A stretch of 18,958 bases of DNA from Candidatus Methylomirabilis limnetica (GTDB lineage Bacteria; Methylomirabilota; Methylomirabilia; Methylomirabilales; Methylomirabilaceae). The DNA lies in the NCBI RefSeq assembly GCF_003044035.1, contig NZ_NVQC01000031.1, positions 1 through 18,958 on the forward strand. The letters are read 5' to 3'. Below are positions 1-6,973 of the stretch, piece by piece; the first letter of the stretch is position 1, and each line of letters starts with the position of its first letter. Both the position numbers and the translations under genes were made by a program. Under the pieces are notes generated by a model. That model made no database searches. It saw only the letters and a list, made by a program, of their open reading frames with translations, and was not told the origin of the DNA.

Positions 1-189
1 CGAAACCCCTCCGCAATCCTTCGTAACCGGTAAATCCTGTTGCTGTTGCTTTTTCCCCACCTTCAGATATGATCCTTAATCAAACCGGGCAAATTATGTG
101 CCGGACGGTATTGTGTCTGTCCCTATTATCCCTACAGTGGCTTACCTTGACGCTCCATCGCTGTGGAAACCTGAAAAGGAGTAAAGACT

Positions 190-495
190 ATGCCGACGGT
201 AGCAGATATTAGTATGACTCCGATAGGCGTCGTGGCTTTCCAGGCGATTGTTATCGGTCTCGTGATTGGTTTAATAACGAGTCGGATCAAGAAGACTTTA
301 GGTGTTGGCGCCAGTCTCTTGTGCGGCGCTATTGGTAGCATGGCGGGAAGTATAGGAGTGTTCTTGATGAGCATTGGGAAAATAGAGAATGAGACTGCGG
401 TTGTAATGGCATCTCTTGGCGCGATATTGGGCTCGCTGATTGTCTTGTTTGTCACGCTCTTGTTAAAGAATCGATCATTGGTAAACCCGTCGTGA
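190..495 (+). CDS. GlsB/YeaQ/YmgE-type small stress-response membrane protein (transglycosylase-associated family)
   Basis: 101-aa ORF with three Gly/Ala/Ile-rich hydrophobic segments (GLVIGLITSRI, GAIGSMAGSIGVFLM, LGAILGSLIVLFVTLLL). AAGGAG lies 9 nt upstream of the ATG. The 132..500 minus ORF is its antisense mirror. Confidence 0.55.
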   Translation: MPTVADISMTPIGVVAFQAIVIGLVIGLITSRIKKTLGVGASLLCGAIGSMAGSIGVFLMSIGKIENETAVVMASLGAILGSLIVLFVTLLLKNRSLVNPS

Positions 496-616
496 GTCAT
501 ATGCGCACAATCATCCCGTCAAGGCGGCGGTGGGTGTGATGAGCATCGCGCTGCTGGATCACATCATTTTCAACAGAAGCGGCTACTTCAGCTTCCTTGA
601 AGCGGGGCGGCTGTAA
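485..616 (+). pseudogene. RadC/JAB-domain (DNA repair protein RadC family) C-terminal remnant, no start codon, internally deleted
   Basis: The frame ending at TAA 614..616 reads ...YAHNHP-VKAAVGVMSIALLDHIIFNRSGYFSFLEAGRL*. HNHP is the start of the RadC JAMM motif HNHPSG, and LLDHII..G.FSF.E.G.L is the typical RadC C-terminus. The roughly 20 residues normally between them are missing, and a stop at 482..484 closes the frame upstream. Confidence 0.5.
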
Positions 617-784
617 CCGATGGCTTCTGCGAATCGAGAAATTTGCATGTTGGTGAAAACGGATCTACGCCATCCGAGTGGCCAAGCGCCTAACCAACTA
701 CTGATAGTCCTCAATAGTTAGCCTGCTGCGCGGGACTCGGGGGTCTCGGATGCATTGCGGAACTCGAAGACAAGAGGTGGAACC

Positions 785-1108
785 ATGAAATCTCTGCTGC
801 CGTGGCTGGCCTTCATTGCGGCGGCCCTGCTCGAGGTCGCTGGCGACGCGGTCGTCCGCAAGGGTTTGCGCGGGCGTGGGTTGGCAGTTGTCCTTTTGGG
901 TTGCGCGCTTCTAGGGTGCTATGGACTTGTCGTGAACTCGATCACGTGGGACTTCTCCAAGATGCTCGGGGTCTACATCGCTTTCTTCGCCCTTGTCAGC
1001 ATTTTGTGCGGCCGCTTTGTTTTCCGAGAGAGCGTGCCGGGCTCGACCTGGGTGGGCTTGGCTCTCATCATGGCGGGTGGTCTGTTCATTCAATTTGGTC
1101 ACGACTAA
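785..1108 (+). CDS. UPF0060/YnfA-like small 4-TM membrane protein (SMR-fold)
   Basis: GAGGTGG lies ahead of ATG 785 (MKSLLPWLAF...). It has four hydrophobic helices and a TM1 glutamate in ALLEVAG (compare ALCEIIG in E. coli YnfA), and is about 107 aa. The track start at 755 is probably an upstream extension. Confidence 0.6.
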   Translation: MKSLLPWLAFIAAALLEVAGDAVVRKGLRGRGLAVVLLGCALLGCYGLVVNSITWDFSKMLGVYIAFFALVSILCGRFVFRESVPGSTWVGLALIMAGGLFIQFGHD

Positions 1109-1294
1109 TGCATCTCACCTTGTGAACGCTATTATCTGACGCAGCGTTGCGTCCGGTCTCTGGACGGTGACGGGGATGTGATACCGTGTGAAGGCCTCTG
1201 CCGCCAAGGAGAGCAATGACATCCGTGATCGCGGCCCCAAAATGCTCTCAGCTCTGCTGAGAGCTAAGAACTCTTGGAGAGGAGGAAGGAACCC

Positions 1295-2035
1295 ATGAAG
1301 AGACGGTCACACTGGATCCAAAGCCTGTGTTTCGCCATCCTTTTTCTCGCCTTTGCAGGTGAGCCCGTGAAAGCCCAGGAGGTTCACGACGATCCTGAGG
1401 CCCGTGCCCTCCTGGAGGAAGCGCGCCAGCGCGTAGTCGTGTGGGATCGCTTCCCGGGGTTTAAGGCGAAACTAGAGGTGAACCAGGATGGAAAAAGATC
1501 GGGTGGTGAACTGACGGTCCTCCCTTCTGGAAAGGTGGAGGTTGAGCTTCAAGACCGGGAGGCGGCAGAATGGGCTAGAGGGATCATGAAGTCGATCGTT
1601 AACCATAGGCTGAAAATGGACACACACAAGCACGAGGATGCGCCGGTTGCCTTCGGCCCTAAGGATCAGCATCCACTGGGACGCTTGGTGAAGAAAGGCG
1701 ACCGCTCCTCATCGACGTACCGTATCAAGGGTCGACAGATCCTCCAGGTCAGCCAGAAGACAGAAAAAGGATCGTTGAGTCTCAACGTCTTAGAGCACGT
1801 TCCGACGCTTCATGGCTTCTTGGCCAAGCAGGTGGCCGTCTTCCAGTTCGACGAAAAGGATTCGCTTGTAAAAAGCACCGTCTTTACCGATGAGTACGTC
1901 GAGGTAGAGGGGTTCTGGCTTCCCAGGTCCCGTGTGATCATCGTCGCCCAAGGGGGAAAGATCGAGGTATCGACGCTTCAGTTTCAAGAGCACCGCCTGC
2001 TTCCGAAAGCAGCGGCCAAGGCCCCGGCTTCCTGA
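1295..2035 (+). CDS. Secreted hypothetical protein, DUF3386-like
   Basis: GGAGAGGAGGAAGG precedes ATG 1295. The N-terminus MKRRSHWIQSLCFAILFLAFAGEPVKAQE looks like a Sec signal peptide. Spaced motifs (W..FPGF.A.L.V, IV.HR, YRI.G..I.QV) resemble my recollection of DUF3386. The family assignment is from memory only. Confidence 0.55.
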   Translation: MKRRSHWIQSLCFAILFLAFAGEPVKAQEVHDDPEARALLEEARQRVVVWDRFPGFKAKLEVNQDGKRSGGELTVLPSGKVEVELQDREAAEWARGIMKSIVNHRLKMDTHKHEDAPVAFGPKDQHPLGRLVKKGDRSSSTYRIKGRQILQVSQKTEKGSLSLNVLEHVPTLHGFLAKQVAVFQFDEKDSLVKSTVFTDEYVEVEGFWLPRSRVIIVAQGGKIEVSTLQFQEHRLLPKAAAKAPAS

Positions 2036-2251
2036 TTCCTGGTGCCATCGGCGTACAGGAAAGCGGGAATGTGGCCATCTTCCTAAAATAGTGACAGCGA
2101 CTACTTGAAATGAGAAAATCGTTAGAACGCCGACCGTAAAAATCAACTGCCGTGCTTTTTACGGGAATGGTGTCGCCTCTTTGTTGGCTGAATGCGGATG
2201 GTTGTCGCGATATCGCGGAGGCGCTCTGCGTCGAATGCCTCGGCCAGCCGC

Positions 2252-2698
2252 CTACTGTGCCCACGCTAGGGAATCGCGCTTGGCCTCGTAGTGCTCGCCC
2301 AAGTTCAGGGCCATGGCCCGGTCGCAGAGGTTCAGGGCAGCAGGGAAGTTGCCGAGCTCGATGTAGGCCTGGATACCCCGCTCAAAACAGGCCATGCCTT
2401 CCAGCATTCGGCGGTACTCGTGCGGGAAGGCCGCCTCAAGCTCCGGCAGGTAGCCCAGGGATACGCCCACGGAGGCCGCACAGTCCTCCCACTGTCCGCA
2501 CTGAGCTTGAGCCTCGGCGTACAGGTCGTATGCCACCGCTTTCACCGCATTGGGTAGACTTGTCTGGCCTTCGACGGTGCGGTGCAGATACTTCAGCGCG
2601 GATTCCGGCCCGCCGAAGGCCGCCTCGCGGTGTCCCGCCAGCAGATCTGCCAGGACGTCCTTGACCGACTTGCGGACGGGTGCCTGCCGCTTTCCCAT
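2252..2698 (-). CDS. Hypothetical all-helical (TPR-like) protein
   Basis: 148-aa ORF with GGGAGG 6-7 nt upstream of the ATG and GC-rich third positions typical of this genome. No catalytic motif recognised. Confidence 0.55.
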   Translation of the reverse strand: MGKRQAPVRKSVKDVLADLLAGHREAAFGGPESALKYLHRTVEGQTSLPNAVKAVAYDLYAEAQAQCGQWEDCAASVGVSLGYLPELEAAFPHEYRRMLEGMACFERGIQAYIELGNFPAALNLCDRAMALNLGEHYEAKRDSLAWAQ

Positions 2699-2750
2699 CA
2701 GACCTCCCTATGAATGCCTGGGACGAGGATCACGTGAATATCGCATGCAA

Positions 2751-2772
2751 CTGACAAGCAATGGCTTGTCAG
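2751..2772. promoter_or_regulatory. Perfect 9-bp inverted repeat CTGACAAGC-aatg-GCTTGTCAG upstream of the 2252..2698 gene (candidate operator)
   Basis: Read directly from the sequence. It sits 53-74 nt upstream of the minus-strand ATG at 2698. Confidence 0.3.
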
Positions 2773-3087
2773 GCGGTACGGGCACACGCCCGTTGGGACC
2801 TACCTGAAGTAGCGTTTTCATAGTGTGGAGTATGCGGGAATCCGGCTGGAAGGTCAAGATCGGGCGGACAACCGTTAACCCTCTTCATTTTACGGTGAGT
2901 GATTGAAGTGGGAAAAGCGAAACAGTTTTAGACGGTGGAAACGGCCTTCAACCGATACGGAACGCTCGAGACCATCGGTGAAGGCGATGCCCTCCAGCAG
3001 CAGCGCGCTACTCGGAGGAAACATTGCCACGCACCGAAAGCCGTCTTCAGTCTGCCGCTCGAGTAGGCTCAGTCCTTATTTCTGTGC

Positions 3088-3121
3088 TTGACCTGGCCAG
3101 TGGTATGACATATTGTAATAC
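3088..3121 (+). promoter_or_regulatory. Candidate sigma70-type promoter plus operator palindrome of the RHH-mazF operon
   Basis: TTGACC (3088-3093), a 17-nt spacer, then TATTGT (3111-3116). The imperfect palindrome GTATGACA-tat-TGTAATAC (3103-3121) overlaps the -10, as expected for antitoxin autoregulation. Confidence 0.35.
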
Positions 3122-3138
3122 TCATGGAGGTGTCGCCG

Positions 3139-3381
3139 ATGGCTAAGTCAAAGATCGCTATATCTCTCGATGAGAACACTCTGGATCGGCTCGACCGCCT
3201 TGTGCGCGGTGAGGTCTTCCCGAATCGCAGCCAGGCGATTCAAGTGGCGGTCGAGGAGAAGTTGGAACGCCTTAAGCGGGGCCGTCTTGCTCAGGAATGC
3301 GCGAAGCTGGATCCTGCCTTTGAGAAGGCCCTTGCGGAGGAGGGGCTTTCGGAGGATTTATCCGAATGGCCGGAATACTGA
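3139..3381 (+). CDS. Ribbon-helix-helix (CopG/MazE-like) type II antitoxin
   Basis: GGAGG lies 8 nt upstream of ATG 3139. [22 protein letters not shown]...[12 protein letters not shown] is a typical RHH fold signature, followed by an acidic C-terminal tail. It overlaps the downstream toxin start by 16 nt. Confidence 0.8.
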   Translation: MAKSKIAISLDENTLDRLDRLVRGEVFPNRSQAIQVAVEEKLERLKRGRLAQECAKLDPAFEKALAEEGLSEDLSEWPEY

Positions 3382-3707
3382 GGGGAGAGATTCGCTGGGC
3401 GGACCTGAATCCGGTCCGCGGAAAAGAGCAGGCGGGATTGCGTCCGGTTCTGATCTTAAGTCACGACGTATTCAATGAGCGCTCCGGGACGGTGATCGCT
3501 GTGGCGATCACCAGCCAGCCCCAGCGTGCGGGTTTTCCGCTGACCCTAGAATTGAGTGCGAAGGGTTTGCCGAAACGCTCGTGGGCCAAGATCAGCCAGG
3601 TCCGCACGCTGGCCGTGGAACGAATTGGGAAGCGGTTGGGAAACGCCACTCCGGAAGAGGTGTCTCAGGTTATTGAAGGGTTAACCGAAATCATGGGAGG
3701 AGCCTAA
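3366..3707 (+). CDS. mazF: PemK/MazF family type II toxin (mRNA interferase)
   Basis: [32 protein letters not shown]...VIAVAITSQ matches the MazF/PemK N-terminal beta-barrel signature. 113 aa, overlapping the antitoxin gene. Confidence 0.88.
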   Translation: MAGILRGEIRWADLNPVRGKEQAGLRPVLILSHDVFNERSGTVIAVAITSQPQRAGFPLTLELSAKGLPKRSWAKISQVRTLAVERIGKRLGNATPEEVSQVIEGLTEIMGGA

Positions 3708-4288
3708 TGAGCACGATTCGAGATGAGGTACTCGCCGCCAATAGGGCCTATGTGGCCGATTTTGGAGACAAGGGTAAGCTACAAATGCCGCCGGGGCGAC
3801 GGTTCGCTATCCTGACCTGTATGGACGCGCGGCTTGATCCGGCTAAGTACGCGGGACTATCGGAAGGGGATACCCACGTGATTCGCAATGCGGGTGGTCG
3901 CGCCAGCGATGACGCCATCCGGTCGCTGGTCATTTCCTACAAACTCCTCGGAACTCGGGAATGGTTTGTCATCCACCACACCAATTGCGGAATGGAGACG
4001 TTTACCGACGATGTCATGCGCGGGCTGCTGGCCAAGAGCCTCAAGACCGCGACTATCGATGCCGGCGGATGGCACGATACCGGTCAAGGTCCAGGGTCGA
4101 CGGAAGGGACGTTTATCGACTGGTTGACCGTCGGGGACCAGGCCGAGAGCGTCTGTGCGGATGTACGACGCATCAGGGCGCACCCGCTGGTCCCACGCGA
4201 CATTCCCATCTATGGCTACATCTACGACGTGAAGACCGGGCAGCTTGTCGAGGTCCCTGAAGCCACACGAATCGGGAAGGCAGCGTAA
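3707..4288 (+). CDS. Beta-class carbonic anhydrase (Cab/Rv1284-type)
   Basis: The zinc-ligand motifs C-x-D-x-R (CMDAR) and H-x-x-C (HHTNCG) are present. Length and layout resemble Methanobacterium Cab and M. tuberculosis CanA. The start ATG shares one nucleotide with the mazF stop (TAATG). Confidence 0.82.
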   Translation: MSTIRDEVLAANRAYVADFGDKGKLQMPPGRRFAILTCMDARLDPAKYAGLSEGDTHVIRNAGGRASDDAIRSLVISYKLLGTREWFVIHHTNCGMETFTDDVMRGLLAKSLKTATIDAGGWHDTGQGPGSTEGTFIDWLTVGDQAESVCADVRRIRAHPLVPRDIPIYGYIYDVKTGQLVEVPEATRIGKAA

Positions 4289-4320
4289 AAGACGCTGATA
4301 CGTCCTGCTCTACTTTTTTC

Positions 4321-4348
4321 TTGACACATTGCTGAGCCCAATTATATT
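4321..4348 (+). promoter_or_regulatory. Near-consensus sigma70-type promoter for the pentapeptide-repeat gene
   Basis: TTGACA (4321-4326), a 16-nt spacer, then TATATT (4343-4348), preceded by a T-run. This leaves a leader of about 95 nt before ATG 4447. Confidence 0.45.
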
Positions 4349-4446
4349 TACTGCGTCCAGGTGTTGTGTGTTTTAGGGTAGGGGAGGGTGCGGCCATGGT
4401 GGCCGGCAGGAACCCGCAACCGAAGCAGTAACAATAGGTAACGATA

Positions 4447-4875
4447 ATGAAAATTGTTTCTTGGTACGCCCGTGACAAGATCATTTACGAATCGGAGAAA
4501 GAGACGATTCGCGATGCAGTGATCGAAGCAGTCAGACAAGAGTTCCCCCTCATGAACGCCGATCTGAGGAACGCCAACCTTCGAGACGCCGACCTCGGGG
4601 GCGCCATCTTCGGGGGTGCCGACTTTCGAGACGCCGACCTCCAGGGCACTAACTTCCAGGGTGCTAACCTGAGGGACGCCAACCTCTCTGGTGCCAACCT
4701 TAGGGGCGCTAACCTCCGGGACGCCAATCTCGCAGGCACCAACCTCGGAGACACCAATCTCGGAGACGCCGATCTCTTTCACGTGAAATTGTGGGGGCGT
4801 GGCGGTTTAACAAAAATTAAGAAAGCACAAGTCGAGTCTTTCTTGAAAGCGTTAGGAATAGTTGTTGAAGACTAA
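4447..4875 (+). CDS. Pentapeptide-repeat protein
   Basis: About 15 consecutive A(D/N)LxG-type pentapeptides (NADLR NANLR DADLG ... DADLF) span 4555..4779. A short N-terminal domain (IIYESEKETIRDAVIEAV) is common in this family. The 15-nt periodicity is visible at the DNA level. Confidence 0.9.
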   Translation: MKIVSWYARDKIIYESEKETIRDAVIEAVRQEFPLMNADLRNANLRDADLGGAIFGGADFRDADLQGTNFQGANLRDANLSGANLRGANLRDANLAGTNLGDTNLGDADLFHVKLWGRGGLTKIKKAQVESFLKALGIVVED

Positions 4876-4969
4876 CCATGCTCTACCGGAAAGTCATCAG
4901 CGTTTAGGGGGCGCTGCCCTCAACGGACAGATGAGCGGCGTGAAGCTCACCGATCCAAGGCGGCGTTGC

Positions 4970-5752
4970 TTACACCTTGCTATGATCGGGTTGCCACTGG
5001 CAGGTGCCGTCTGGTAAGGGGATTGGCGTGAAATCCCCGAAGAGGTTGGGGGCCTCCCGGGTCATGATCTCGGCGACCTTCCCGAAGACGCTTCGGATTT
5101 CCACTTCGGCTCCTGGCGCGGTTCTGGTCTCGATCACCCACCGGAGTGTCCGGGCATTTGCCGTCCAGATGAGGGTGGTGGCCACCCCATCGGGGGCGAT
5201 TCGGCGGATGGCAGAGGTGAGAACCTTCTTCTCGTGAAACGGTCGTCCTTCGATCTTTAAGACCTCCGCCAATCGCTGTTGTACCTCCTCACCGTTGACC
5301 ACCGCCTCCTCGAAGATCGCACGCGCCTCCGGATTGTCGCGAATCTCGGGGGGGAGCCAGATCGGAATCTCGGTCAGCCTCACGAAGCGCAGACTCTCCT
5401 GGCTGATGGCGGTCCCGGCGCGATGCCGCACCAGCTCATGGGTCAAAACTCGGCTGACGTGGAAGAACGCGAAGGTCCAGTTGGCGTGCTCCAGGACGCT
5501 GCCATGTTTGACCTGTAGGATATTCTGCAGATAGGCTTGGCTGCCCTCCCGGACCTTGGTGACATTGGGGTTGAGGCCCGGCTCAAAGGAGCGATAGCAG
5601 GCGCGCCCAGCCACCTCGATCAGTTGCTCTGCCGCTGAGGGGGCATCGGTCATCCACCCAGGGGCGCCCACAGCCTGCAGATAGGCGGCGAGCCCCTCGG
5701 CATCTATCGCTGGTCTAGCCAGGAGAAAGACCTTCGGCTCTACCTGCTTCAC
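4970..5752 (-). CDS. thyX: FAD-dependent thymidylate synthase ThyX
   Basis: ThyX-type motif LVRHRAGTAISQESLRF (an RHR...S..S.R variant). 260 aa, with a GTG start preceded by GAGGAGGG. Confidence 0.8.
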   Translation of the reverse strand: MKQVEPKVFLLARPAIDAEGLAAYLQAVGAPGWMTDAPSAAEQLIEVAGRACYRSFEPGLNPNVTKVREGSQAYLQNILQVKHGSVLEHANWTFAFFHVSRVLTHELVRHRAGTAISQESLRFVRLTEIPIWLPPEIRDNPEARAIFEEAVVNGEEVQQRLAEVLKIEGRPFHEKKVLTSAIRRIAPDGVATTLIWTANARTLRWVIETRTAPGAEVEIRSVFGKVAEIMTREAPNLFGDFTPIPLPDGTCQWQPDHSKV

Positions 5753-5913
5753 GTTGCCCTCCTCATATGCGAAAAACCCCGCTGCATCTAGTCACCTATT
5801 CTGATAGTTCGAGCATCCCACCATCAAGGGAAATATTGAAGCTGTAAATATCTACGGTAGTCATGAGAGCGCCAGAGGTAGAGGGCCTACGCGTTGACAG
5901 CGCAGCTTCTAAC

Positions 5914-5941
5914 TGAGCCCTAATTGCTGATGGCTGATCGC
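5914..5941 (-). repeat. Single-arm array of four 7-nt-periodic repeats abutting the korB stop codon
   Basis: The + strand reads TGAGCCC TAATTGC TGATGGC TGATCGC. On the coding strand this is GCGATCA GCCATCA GCAATTA GGGCTCA immediately after TGA. Confidence 0.6.
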
Positions 5942-6973
5942 TCATGAAACAACCCAGGTCTCGCCGGAGTACAGAAGCGTCTGAAGGTCGGCTTTGCCTT
6001 GTTGCGGGGTGACGGCGCGGCCCTGCTCGGTAATGAGTTCGTCATAGGTCGGCTCGCGGACGGCGCGCAGTACACCGATTGGCTGAGGGAACTCCGGGCC
6101 CGTGAGCCGCGACAGCATGAAGTGGTATCCCTCGTCTTGTCGTCTCTCGTCGTGAATCAGCAGCCCTGAGGTATCACCATCAATTTCGACAACCTCTGGG
6201 GACATGTCGGGGCGCATCCGTATGCCCTTCTCCCGCTCTTTGCCGAACACGAGCGGCTTACCGTGTTCCAGGACGAGCAGCCGGTCGCTCCGCACATCCT
6301 TATCAGCGACCGATTCCCACGTCCCGTCGTTGAATACGTTACAGTTCTGGTAGATCTCCACGAACGCCGTGCCTTTATGTTCGGCGGCACGCCGCAACAC
6401 GTATTGCAGGTGCGGGCTGTCGACATCGATCGACCGCGCGACAAACGTTGCCGACGCCCCGATCGCCACTGAAAGTGGGTTGAAGGGACGGTCGAGCGAT
6501 CCAAGCGGCGTGGACTTAGTTTTCATGCCCTGCTCGCTGGTCGGTGAGGTCTGACCTTTTGTGAGGCCGTAAATACGGTTGTTGAAAAGCAGGATCTTCA
6601 TGTCCACATTGCGGCGCATCGTATGAATGAGGTGGTTGCCGCCGATCGACAGCCCGTCGCCGTCACCGGTGATCACCCACACCGCCAGATCGGGCTGCGT
6701 GATTTTGATGCCCGTCGCCACCGCCGGAGCGCGGCCGTGAATCGAGTGAAATCCGTAGGTGTTGATGTAGTACGGGAACCGCGATGAGCAGCCGATCCCA
6801 GAGACGAAGACGATCTTCTCGCGCGGGACGCCCAGCTCCGGCATCACCCGCTGCAGACTCGCCAGGATGGCATAGTCGCCACAGCCTGGGCACCAGCGGA
6901 CATCCTGATTCGAGATGAAATCCTTGCGTGTAAGCTTGGCGGCGCACTCGTTACTGCCGTCCTGAGGCATCAT
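5942..6973 (-). CDS. korB: 2-oxoglutarate/2-oxoacid:ferredoxin oxidoreductase, beta (TPP-binding) subunit
   Basis: WCPGCGDY, GIGCSSR and the TPP motif GDGDGLSIGGNH..., followed by NNRIYGLTKGQ. The ATGA overlap with korA indicates translational coupling. Confidence 0.9.
   Translation of the reverse strand: MMPQDGSNECAAKLTRKDFISNQDVRWCPGCGDYAILASLQRVMPELGVPREKIVFVSGIGCSSRFPYYINTYGFHSIHGRAPAVATGIKITQPDLAVWVITGDGDGLSIGGNHLIHTMRRNVDMKILLFNNRIYGLTKGQTSPTSEQGMKTKSTPLGSLDRPFNPLSVAIGASATFVARSIDVDSPHLQYVLRRAAEHKGTAFVEIYQNCNVFNDGTWESVADKDVRSDRLLVLEHGKPLVFGKEREKGIRMRPDMSPEVVEIDGDTSGLLIHDERRQDEGYHFMLSRLTGPEFPQPIGVLRAVREPTYDELITEQGRAVTPQQGKADLQTLLYSGETWVVS

Noticed and set aside
1-33. Possible 3' end of a + strand gene (…RNPSAILRNR*) at the window edge
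   Set aside because: Ten codons is too short to distinguish from chance.
132-500. 122-aa minus-strand ORF
   Set aside because: It is the exact antisense of the 190..495 membrane-protein gene. The + strand ORF has an AAGGAG ribosome-binding site and a coherent GlsB/YeaQ-like hydrophobic pattern. The minus frame has neither.
802-1125. 107-aa alternative-frame ORF (and 911..1102 minus) inside the YnfA-like gene
   Set aside because: Arg/Gly/Pro-rich translation typical of off-frame reading in GC-rich DNA, with no ribosome-binding site.
2134-2164. Hairpin CCGTAAAAA-13 nt-TTTTTACGG between convergent genes, considered as a bidirectional terminator
   Set aside because: The stem is AT-rich with a large 13-nt loop and no flanking U-tract beyond the stem itself, so it is not a convincing intrinsic terminator.
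2152-2664. 170-aa + strand ORF, plus the 2291..2557 and 2550..2807 ORFs
   Set aside because: These are antisense or off-frame to the 2252..2698 gene and have an extremely Arg/Pro-rich, low-complexity translation.
2890-3075. Short minus-strand open frame (...MFPPSSALLLEGIAFTDGLERSVSVEGRFHRLKLF...) and the overlapping 2903..3091 + ORF in the divergent intergenic region
   Set aside because: There is no convincing start codon or ribosome-binding site, it is under 62 codons, and I recognise no family. It could be a gene remnant, but I cannot support that.
4291-4320. Possible intrinsic terminator after the carbonic anhydrase gene (GACG-ctgata-CGTC followed by TTTTTT)
   Set aside because: The stem is only 4 bp and separated from the T-run. 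The T-run may equally be an UP-like element of the 4321 promoter.
4376-4392. G-run GGGTAGGGGAGGGTGCGG as a possible G-quadruplex in the pentapeptide gene leader
   Set aside because: Only three G3+ tracts are present and the fourth is GG, so a canonical G4 motif is not satisfied.
4555-4779. 15-nt tandem periodicity, considered as a possible CRISPR or VNTR array
   Set aside because: The units are contiguous with no spacers, lie in frame, and encode pentapeptide repeats. This is coding repetition, not a CRISPR array.
4348-4782. 144-aa minus-strand ORF with its own repeat pattern (GVSEIGVSEVGA...), plus the 4485..4757 ORF
   Set aside because: This is a mirror image of the pentapeptide-repeat coding sequence. 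The periodicity is inherited from the + strand gene.
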